Shown in pieces: positions 18,953-26,970 of a stretch of 64,000 bases of DNA. Position numbers and translations under genes: made by a program. The stretch's first letter is position 1, and each line of letters starts with the position of its first letter. The notes under the pieces are model-generated. The model did no database searches. It was not told where the DNA came from and saw only the letters and a list, made by a program, of their open reading frames with translations. Source of the stretch: Candidatus Latescibacterota bacterium (GTDB lineage: Bacteria > Latescibacterota > UBA2968 > UBA8231); the NCBI GenBank assembly GCA_965261395.1, contig OZ253462.1, forward strand, positions 3,936,001 through 4,000,000, read 5' to 3'.

Positions 18953-20878
18953 CTAGAAAAAGCGACTCCAGAAGCTTTGCTTCTGCTTCTCTGAGCCACC
19001 GCGATTGGTCTGCTTCTGCTGCGCCGAGCCGCCACGATTAGCCAAGTAGCGATCGAGGTTCTCATTCCCGGTAGGTTGGATCACTTCTATGGTGCCGTAG
19101 ATGCCGCCCATTTCCATCCCGTCGTACACCCGTACTGCAACCACGTTCTGGCCTTTGTATTTGACCGCCTCGCTTATATCGAGGATGAAGGGGGTATTCC
19201 ACCCGTGGTGTTCCCCCACAAAGGAGCCGTTGACGTACACATAGGCGTTGTTATCCACTCCGCCGAAGGCTAGATGCACCGGCCGGCCCTCCTCCGCGTT
19301 CACCTCAATCCGTGCTCGGTACCAAGCCCCCTCGTCGTAGCCGCTATAGCCCTGATCTTCCCAGGCTTGCCCGATGTCGATCTCGGCCCAATTCGAATCG
19401 TCGAGATCGGTATGGCTCAGGCTGGCATCTAGGTTCCCTTCCTCGTAGGGGCTGAATTTCCACTGCACAGGCACCTCGGCGACCTTTTTATAGGTGTAGG
19501 GAATGCGCGGAGGCCGGTGAGCATAACGGCTATAGCGCTTGCCGCTGGTGAAATGGTCCTTAAAAACCGGCCAGCCGTTCCCTTCCACCATCTCCAAGCG
19601 CCCGCCCCGGTTGGTGGCAAAGTCGTCTGTTTTTATCTCGTCCGTGGGCTGATGTACATTAATCAGGCCATACACACCGCCCATGCCGTTGTCGTCATAC
19701 AAGTACAACGCCACCGTATTCTCGCCGTCGCGCACGACGTGGTCGCTTATATCGAGGATGAACGGCCGGTCCCACTGGTCGTAGTGCTGACCGACCAAGT
19801 GGCCGTTGACATACACAAAGGCGTCCTTAGCCCCCAGCCCGCCGAAAGCCATGAGCACCGACCGCACCGAATCAGCCGCCACCGTGAAAGTGGCCCTATA
19901 CCAAGCCCACCCGTCATAGCCAGTGTAGCCCTGATCCTCGTAAGCCTGTCCGATGTTGATTGTAGCCCAATCCGAATCGTCGAAGTCCGAGGTGGCGTAG
20001 GAGCGGTGCCGCTGCGGAGACTTGCTCTCATCGAGGCGGAATTTCCACTGCATGGGTACCTCGGCCACCTCCTCATAGGCGTAGGGGACCACCGGAGGCG
20101 TGTTGGCGTAGTGGTAGTACCGCTGATCCGATCCGCCCTCTAAGAAGTGTCGGGGCCTAATCCGCTCGAAGCTGAAGCCTTGCCGCTCGACCTGCTCCAT
20201 CTGCTGCTCGGCCTGTCTCATTTGCTGCTCCATCTGCCGCTCGGCCTGTTCCATCTGCTGTTTCATCTGCCGTTGGGCGGCCTCTAACTGTCGGCGCACC
20301 TGCTCGTCGATGAACACCGAGTCGGCACCGGTGCTCCGCTTGGCCTGCTCCGTTAGCTGCTTGACTTGTTCCATCTGCCGCTTAGTCTGCTCCGTTAGCT
20401 GCTGCTGGATAGCCTCCATCTGCCGCTCGGTCAGCTCCATCTGCCGCTTAGCCCGCTCCATTACCTGCTGCAACTGTCGGCGGATATAGGATTCAGAGTC
20501 GGTGCGGTGGGACGGTTCCTCGATCACTGCCTCGCGCTGGTGGGTTGATCCCAGACGCCGTGCCGCCTCCGCTCCCACCTGTGGCTGGTCGGGGTACTTG
20601 TCGCGTACGGCTTCGTACGTCTGGCGCGCCTGTGCCAGCCCCAGCTTCTCTTGGCACACCCCGATGCGTAGTTGCGCCCGGGCCGCCATGCTTTCGTCTG
20701 CCTCGCCCTTCTCGTGGGCCTCAATCACTTGCTTATAGAGGCGAATGGCCTCCTCCAGATTGCCCTCGCCCTTTTCCTGCATGAGGGCCGCCTGATAAGT
20801 CTCCTCGACATTGCTGGCCAGCAGACTGCTGGCACTCAGCAATAGGCAACTGAGGAAAATCGCGATAACGCGCTCCAT
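18953..20878 (-). CDS. Secreted protein: TPR-like N-terminus, Q/E/M-rich coiled coil, two GH2-N-type (galactose-binding-like) domains
   Basis: Signal peptide; G.LEEAI..Y...A..AQLRIG.C helices; two copies of WKF...DDS.W..I.IGQA.EDQGY.GYD..AWYR...FGG.....YVNG..VG.H; AAGGAGG RBS. Confidence 0.85.
   Translation of the reverse strand: MERVIAIFLSCLLLSASSLLASNVEETYQAALMQEKGEGNLEEAIRLYKQVIEAHEKGEADESMAARAQLRIGVCQEKLGLAQARQTYEAVRDKYPDQPQVGAEAARRLGSTHQREAVIEEPSHRTDSESYIRRQLQQVMERAKRQMELTERQMEAIQQQLTEQTKRQMEQVKQLTEQAKRSTGADSVFIDEQVRRQLEAAQRQMKQQMEQAERQMEQQMRQAEQQMEQVERQGFSFERIRPRHFLEGGSDQRYYHYANTPPVVPYAYEEVAEVPMQWKFRLDESKSPQRHRSYATSDFDDSDWATINIGQAYEDQGYTGYDGWAWYRATFTVAADSVRSVLMAFGGLGAKDAFVYVNGHLVGQHYDQWDRPFILDISDHVVRDGENTVALYLYDDNGMGGVYGLINVHQPTDEIKTDDFATNRGGRLEMVEGNGWPVFKDHFTSGKRYSRYAHRPPRIPYTYKKVAEVPVQWKFSPYEEGNLDASLSHTDLDDSNWAEIDIGQAWEDQGYSGYDEGAWYRARIEVNAEEGRPVHLAFGGVDNNAYVYVNGSFVGEHHGWNTPFILDISEAVKYKGQNVVAVRVYDGMEMGGIYGTIEVIQPTGNENLDRYLANRGGSAQQKQTNRGGSEKQKQSFWSRFF
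20190..20480 (-). repeat. Imperfect intragenic tandem repeats encoding (R/Q)QMEQ coiled-coil units
   Basis: Recurring CCATCTGCCG/CCATCTGCTG blocks; protein reads QMEQAERQMEQQMRQAEQQMEQ. Confidence 0.7.
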
Positions 20879-20955
20879 GATGGACCTCCTTGTTTAGGTG
20901 GGTGAATGCGCGGTTGTGCGCTCACCTTTGAACCTAAACGCCGACATTGTCCGAG

Positions 20956-20975
20956 TTGTCATGGTTTTGTCATGG
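20956..20975. promoter_or_regulatory. Direct repeat with 11-bp period, candidate OmpR/PhoB-family operator
   Basis: TTGTCATGG-TT-TTGTCATGG, about 80 bp upstream of the 20878 start and directly downstream of the response regulator gene. Confidence 0.55.
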
Positions 20976-21003
20976 ACATGCAAAAAGGTTGTACTTTCTG
21001 GCC

Positions 21004-21683
21004 TCACTCCACAAAGCGGTATCCGACCCCGTGTACCGTGAGGATGTGGCGCGGCTGGGCCGGGTCGGCTTCCAAGCGGTTGCGCAATTCGGCGATGTGG
21101 TTGTCCACCGTGCGCGTGGTGGGGTACACTCATAGCCCCACACCTGCTCGAGGATCTGCGCTCGGGTCAGGGCGCGGCCCTTGCTCTCCCACAAGAGGCG
21201 CAGCACGCCAAATGCCTTGGGGGACAGATGTACGGTCCGGCCATCCACGGTCGCCTCGTAGCGGTCGAAGTCGATCCGTGCCTTCCCGAACTCCAGCACC
21301 GTGCCCGCGGCTGGTGCCAACTCGCCGCGCCGCAACACCGCTTTGATCCGGGCCATGAGCTCGCGGACGCCCACCGGTTTGGTGACGTAGTCGTCGGCCC
21401 CTAACTCCAGGCCTAGGACTTTATCGAACTCCTCGCCGCGCGCCGTGAGCATGATGATGGAGGTGGCCGCTCCCTGCGCACGCAGCCGCCGGCACACTTC
21501 GTACCCATCCATAGTGGGCAGCACTATGTCGAGCAGAATCAGGTCCGGCCGCCAAGCCAAGGCCCGCTCCAGTCCCTCAGCTCCATCGGCGACCGCCTCG
21601 GCCTCATAGCCCTCAAAGATCAGATTATCGACCAGCACCCGGGCGATGGCCGCTTCGTCCTCGACGACCAGAATTTTAGGCAT
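21004..21683 (-). pseudogene. OmpR/PhoB family response regulator, frameshifted in the DNA-binding domain
   Basis: ILVVEDE, LLD, TAR and ADDYVTKP; one base missing near 21130; the other frame restores [16 protein letters not shown]...TVHGVGYRF* ending at 21004. Confidence 0.85.
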
Positions 21684-23608
21684 GGGCGTTCTCCTCGGTA
21701 TGCACCGGGAAGTACAGACGGAATACACTGCCTCCATGCGCCTCGACCACGCTTTTGACTAAGGACAATCCCAATCCTGTACCCGCCGTATTGGCCGCGT
21801 TGACCCCTCGGTGAAATTGCTCAAAGATGCGCTCCTCCTCGCCTGCGGGGAGGCCGACGCCCCGGTCGGCTACTTCTATCGACCACCTCGGCCCCGCGCT
21901 GTTCCACGGCTAGGCGGAGGGCTTTGTGCTGGGATGAGTACTTGACTGCGTTGCCTAGGATATTGGCCACCGCGCCCTCCACCGCTTCTTGGTCGGCCAG
22001 TACTGGGGGCAGTTCCGCAGCAATAGCTTCCTCCACCTCAAAGCCCTCCGCAGTGAATACTCCGCCAAAGGTCTCAAGCGCGTCTCGGACCGCAGTCCCT
22101 AGGTCGCAGGGCTGACGCTGGTAGGTCCGGTCGCCGCGCTCAATGCGAGAGAAATCGAGCACATTATCCACCAAGCGCGACAGGCGTCTGCTCTCGTGCA
22201 GGAGGGTGGTCAGATAGTCCTGCATCTGATCGGTTGATCGGTAGCGGCCCATGAGCAGGGTCTCGGCGTACATGCGGATGGATGTGAGCGGGGTGCGCAA
22301 CTCGTGCGATACATTGGCGACAAATTCGGACCGCAGCCGGGCCACCTGTACCTCGCGCCCCGCGTCCCGCAGGATCATAAGCCCGCCGAGCACCACGGAT
22401 ACGGCCAAGGCGAAAATGCCGCCGCCCACCAGCCAATTGCGCGTGCGATAGTACCCGGTAGCTGCGGAGGCATCGGCCGCCCAGACCCCCAGTCGCACTC
22501 GGTCCATCCAGCGGCTGGCCGGCGCAGTCTCGTAGATGGTCTCCCGATGCGCGGACGCAAAGGCGGCTTCCGCGTCGGCGTCAAACAGGGCAAGGGCAAA
22601 ACCCCGCTCTGATAGACCTTCCACTTGCTCCTGCACTAGGGCCGTCAGCGCGGCCCAGTCGAATAGAATGCCCACCGCGCCTCCTCCATCAGCCGCGCCC
22701 AGGTACATGAGGAAACTCGTCCCATCGGGCCACATGCCCGATATATAACCCCGCTCCCGGGCCATAGCCCATTGGTCCTCCACTACGGGGCCGAAGCGCA
22801 TTGCAAAATCGAGGGCTTTCTCGATCAGGGCCAACCTATCCAGCAGAACGGGGCGGTCCTCCATGTCTGCCAGCCGACTTTGGGCTAACGCGCGGACCTC
22901 TTGCAGGGCCTGCTGGCAGCCTGCGTAGAGGGGATAGCGGCCTGCGAGCAGCGCCTCGGTCCAAGCCATCAGACTGGCTTGGGCTTGCTCGGGCGCGGCA
23001 TAGTGCCCTAGGCGCAAGTGACTCAGGGTGACGGGATGGGCCCCGTCGGCGTCGAAGACGTGACCGTAGAGGGCCACCAGCGTCCGGTGCGCCTTCTCCT
23101 CCATCGCCGCGTCCTTTCCTTTATGTGCGCAGCGGGCAAGGGCGTTGAGGGCTTCGGCTTCCTCTGCGGGACTGGCTGCTTCCTTATAGGCTTGGTGGTA
23201 GAGCTGCACGCCGCCCGCCCAGTCTTGGTGGCCGAATTCGCGCTCTGCGGCCTGCTCCATCTGCGCGGCGAAGGCCGCTCGGCGCTCCTGCAAGCGCAAG
23301 GGCTGCACGGCTGGATGGCGCAGCACTCCAGTGGGATCAACGGCGAAGATTTGGGCAATCTCGGAAAAACCCGCGTAAGAGCGCGGGTCCATTCCGCCCT
23401 CTTCGATATATGCGGCTAGGAGTTGAGCGCGGCTGTTGAGCAAGCGATCGAAGGCATCCTGCGCTAGCACCGCCTTGGAGCGCAATTCTTGGTGCACACT
23501 GTCGCGGACATCGCGCAGCGAGCGCACGCTCAAAAAAGCCAGTAGGGCGGCCGGTACGAGAATGGACAGGAAATAAAGGACTACCCAGCGGATTCCCAGA
23601 CGCGACAT
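21676..23608 (-). pseudogene. Sensor histidine kinase with a large periplasmic helical domain, frameshifted in the HATPase domain
   Basis: Two TM segments; H-box SHELRTPL; N-box NAVKY; one extra base near 21880; the other frame gives IEVADRGVG...IFEQF...GTGLGL...HGGSVFRLYFP, with a stop at 21676 overlapping the regulator start. Confidence 0.85.
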
Positions 23609-23655
23609 GAGCTTGGCAGGAGGTGGGGAATGGGGGAGTGCGGATCGTGGCGAGG

Positions 23656-23684
23656 AATATAGCGGGCGGCCCTTCCGCTTTCAA
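23656..23684 (-). promoter_or_regulatory. Sigma70 promoter for the two-component operon
   Basis: Reverse strand TTGAAA-17 bp-TATATT. Confidence 0.65.
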
Positions 23685-23701
23685 ATTTGTTCCGCGCGCG
23701 T

Positions 23702-23731
23702 TTGACATCTGCGGGGGAAGCGGCCTATAGT
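23702..23731 (+). promoter_or_regulatory. Sigma70 promoter for the 1045-aa protein operon
   Basis: TTGACA-18 bp-TATAGT. Confidence 0.65.
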
Positions 23732-23797
23732 TGCGACCGATACTATAGATTATACCTGATTTGATCGTTACCTGGGTGCGAAAGAATCCACACCGCC

Positions 23798-26700
23798 ATG
23801 AAAAGCGACTCTGTCGTGCAAAAGATCCTCGTCGGCTTGGCGCTGAGCCTGTCACCGGTTGAGGCCCAGCGGGGCTACCAGATAAGCGGCGACGAGGTGG
23901 TGGTCGATCTGGCGCAGCACTGGCGGCAGTGGACCATCCCCGCCCATCTGGCGCATATCGACGAGGCCGGGTCCGTGCGGACGCGCCGGCTGCGGACGGT
24001 GTACAATGTTCTCGAGGATCGCACGCTCAGACGGCCGATAATCATTAACACGGACGACCCGCGCATTGGCACCATCGACAGCACCATGCAGTTCGATGTG
24101 TTTGGCGAGCCGATCCGCAATACGCTCAACGAACTGGTCTTCGACCACTGGGTGCGGCCGGGGATTAGCCGGGTGGGGTCCAATCCGCAGCTAGCAGAGC
24201 ATATCCTCGACGGCGATCCGACCACGTTCTGGGAGCCGGATCCGCGCGACCCCATCGAGCGGTGGTGGATCGAGGTGGATCTGGGCCGTGCCGTGCCCGT
24301 GGAGCGGCTCAAGCTCCAGTTCGTCGACGAAGAACTCGGCGATCCCTTTCTGCAGTTTATCATGCTGATGTCGCGCCGGCAGAGCGCGCTGTTGCACGAG
24401 CCGAATAGCCGCATTGGCTTCCAACTGTTCATTCCGCAGGACGCGCCCAATACCACTCAGCGCGAATACATTTTTGCAAGCGAGCACACCAGCCCCGAAC
24501 TACCTGCGGCCTCCGGGGAGGTCAGCGATAGGCTGCTGATAGAAGCGAGAAAGCCCTCGCCCGAGTGGACGGGCAAGAGCATTGAGACCATCCGCATTGT
24601 GATCACGGATACGCGGGGAGGGCGGGCCGAACAGATTACACAGGAAGCGTGGGAGGGGCTGTCGACCGACGAGCGGGGGGATGTGGTTTACTTCGCGCGG
24701 GACGTGGCCGGGCGCGAGGAGCCGGTGGACGAAGCGACCTATCAGGCTTTGGCCGCAGAGCGGCAGGGGCGGCGGGAGTATTACCGACGGGAGTTGCCGC
24801 GCTTGGCCGAGGTCGAGGCCTGGGGTTGGGGCGACAACATCGGCATCAACTTGGTCAAAAACGGTGGCTCACTCGCACTGACCACGCCGGGCAAGAATCC
24901 GCTGACGGCATTCGACGGGGACGACGCCACCTATTACTCCCACCAAACCCGCAATCCACTCAATCCCGGCGGCAATGTGCTAACCGTCGATATTGGTGGC
25001 GCGGTGTGGCTGGACCAGGTGCGCCTTACGGGGGCGGGTATACGCGGCTATATCATGCGAGCTTCTGCTGGCGGGCGCGATGTCCGCGGCGGTCTCAAAT
25101 GGCAGCGCATCAGTCCACCGGAGCGCGAGTATAGCGTGGCCGAGGCACTGCCACGCGGCGACTCGGGCCGCTTCAGTGCGATTGTCGATCCCCAGGATCC
25201 GCCGCTCAAGGCCCGTCTCCTCGACTTGGTCGTCTTTGCCCACTTTCCCCCGGGTTTTGTCGGCGGTCGCTCCGAAAGCGGAGCTGGGCAAGGGATATTG
25301 GTCAATGCCTTCTGGTCGGTGATCAACGAGATCATGCTGTTTTCCAGCCGTCCGCCGGCCGAGGTGGTACTGGAATCGGACTTGATCGAGCTGCCGGGGT
25401 TGGTGGCCTTGGGTGGGGTTCACTGGGAAGCCGACACCCCGCCGGGCACGGACGTGGAAATCCGCACCCGCACCGGCGACCAACTGTTGCAGCAAATCCG
25501 CTATTTCGACAAAACTGGCAACGCGAAAACCGCCGCCGAATACAAAACCTTGGCCGGCTTTCTCAAAGGGCCTTCGGATACCACAGTGGTCGTTGGACCG
25601 GGGTGGAGCACGTGGAGTCAGCAATATCGGCAGCCGGGGGAGTGGGTGCGTTCGCCGAGTCTGCGGCGCTTTATGCAGCTCCAGGTGCGGCTCAAAAGCG
25701 ACGGCGGCCAGCAGGTGCCCGCGTTGCATCGCCTCTCCGTAGGCCTGCATCAGCCGGTGGTGCAGCGGCTGCGCGCCGAGGTGTGGCCGACGGCGGTGGA
25801 GGCAGGAGTGCTCGACACATTTTCCCTTTTCGTACAGCCCGACTTTTTAACCCAGCCAGTCCAGGAGCGCAGCTTGGGTTTTGACGAGATGCGGGTGCGC
25901 GCCGAGCCGGGGTTAGACCTGCGGCTAGTCGATGTGGCTTTGGGGACGGAAGCGGAGTTAGCGTCCGCAACCCCGTTCCAGCGCTTTGCTCCGGGAGCCG
26001 ACGGACGGTTGCTCGACGCGCAGGGGGCCGAGTTGGCCGTGCGCGCCGAGGGCGATTCGCTGTGGTTGCACTTTCCCCAGACTGTACAGGGTGCGCCCGC
26101 CGAAGCCCTCGCGCCGGTGTACTACCGTGCGGTTGCCCCCGGCGACGAAGTGCCTACCGGGCTGGACCGGAATCTGTTGACCTTTACTTCGTACAGTCTC
26201 CTGCCCGAGGCCGAACAGGGCGCGGTGCGCTATTTCCGGCGGCAGGAGAGTGGCCGGCTGGTCGAGGTGGACGCGGAGGCCTACGAGGCCTTGGCCGCAG
26301 CCGAGCAGGGGTCGGTGCGCTACTTCCGCAAGGTCGTCGGTTTGGGCGATCAGGTTCCCTTTGATGCGGTGGGCGACAGTCTCGACCAGAGCCGCTACAA
26401 CAGGCTGGGGGAGCAGCGAGGTTGGGTGGTGGACCGGGGCCGACTGGTGAGGCTGCGCTTTGCCTCGCGGGTGTATTTGCAGGGGACGCGCCTGGCGGTG
26501 GCGGTGCGGCAGAGCCAGCCCTCGACTGCGTGGCAGGTGGCGGACGGCGGCGATGTGACCGGGCTGAGTCCCGCAAAGAGCTTGGCCATTAGTGCGCAGG
26601 GGACCGACGCGGCCATTGCCCAGGTGGCGATTGCGCCGAATCCTTTTACGCCCAACGGCGATGGGGTCAATGAGGTGGCCGAGATCGCCTTTTCCTTGTT

Positions 26701-26935
26701 CCGGGTGCAGGCGGAGCGGTCGTTGGCGGTGCGGGTCTATACGCTGGCGGGTCGCCGGGTGCGGGAGTTGGAGGCACTGGTCACAGGTGGGCGGCAGCAG
26801 TTTATCTGGGATGGGCGGGACGAGGAGGGGCGAGTCGTGGCGCCGGGCTTGTATTTGTGCAAGATCGAGGTGGACGCGGACGCTACGGCCTTTGGCGGAC
26901 AGAGCCGGGTTCATCTCATCGCCGTAGCCTATTAG
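23798..26935 (+). CDS. Large secreted protein with discoidin/F5-8C-like motifs and a C-terminal FlgD-Ig/CHU_C-like domain
   Basis: Signal peptide ending VEA; DGDPTTFW...WIEVDLG and AFDGD..TY...VDIG; C-terminal PNPFTPNGDGVNE...VYTLAGRRVR...WDGRDE.G..V.PGLY. Confidence 0.8.
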   Translation: MKSDSVVQKILVGLALSLSPVEAQRGYQISGDEVVVDLAQHWRQWTIPAHLAHIDEAGSVRTRRLRTVYNVLEDRTLRRPIIINTDDPRIGTIDSTMQFDVFGEPIRNTLNELVFDHWVRPGISRVGSNPQLAEHILDGDPTTFWEPDPRDPIERWWIEVDLGRAVPVERLKLQFVDEELGDPFLQFIMLMSRRQSALLHEPNSRIGFQLFIPQDAPNTTQREYIFASEHTSPELPAASGEVSDRLLIEARKPSPEWTGKSIETIRIVITDTRGGRAEQITQEAWEGLSTDERGDVVYFARDVAGREEPVDEATYQALAAERQGRREYYRRELPRLAEVEAWGWGDNIGINLVKNGGSLALTTPGKNPLTAFDGDDATYYSHQTRNPLNPGGNVLTVDIGGAVWLDQVRLTGAGIRGYIMRASAGGRDVRGGLKWQRISPPEREYSVAEALPRGDSGRFSAIVDPQDPPLKARLLDLVVFAHFPPGFVGGRSESGAGQGILVNAFWSVINEIMLFSSRPPAEVVLESDLIELPGLVALGGVHWEADTPPGTDVEIRTRTGDQLLQQIRYFDKTGNAKTAAEYKTLAGFLKGPSDTTVVVGPGWSTWSQQYRQPGEWVRSPSLRRFMQLQVRLKSDGGQQVPALHRLSVGLHQPVVQRLRAEVWPTAVEAGVLDTFSLFVQPDFLTQPVQERSLGFDEMRVRAEPGLDLRLVDVALGTEAELASATPFQRFAPGADGRLLDAQGAELAVRAEGDSLWLHFPQTVQGAPAEALAPVYYRAVAPGDEVPTGLDRNLLTFTSYSLLPEAEQGAVRYFRRQESGRLVEVDAEAYEALAAAEQGSVRYFRKVVGLGDQVPFDAVGDSLDQSRYNRLGEQRGWVVDRGRLVRLRFASRVYLQGTRLAVAVRQSQPSTAWQVADGGDVTGLSPAKSLAISAQGTDAAIAQVAIAPNPFTPNGDGVNEVAEIAFSLFRVQAERSLAVRVYTLAGRRVRELEALVTGGRQQFIWDGRDEEGRVVAPGLYLCKIEVDADATAFGGQSRVHLIAVAY

Positions 26936-26970
26936 GTAGGGAAGATACCCGAAGATTCGGCAGTCGTCTT

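Noticed and set aside
20190-20480. Possible CRISPR-like array
   Set aside because: The repeats are degenerate, in-frame and coding, with no unique spacers or cas genes
20970-21737. ORF-track boundaries of the response regulator and kinase taken as intact genes
   Set aside because: Their C-termini are out-of-frame nonsense; the conserved ends lie in other frames
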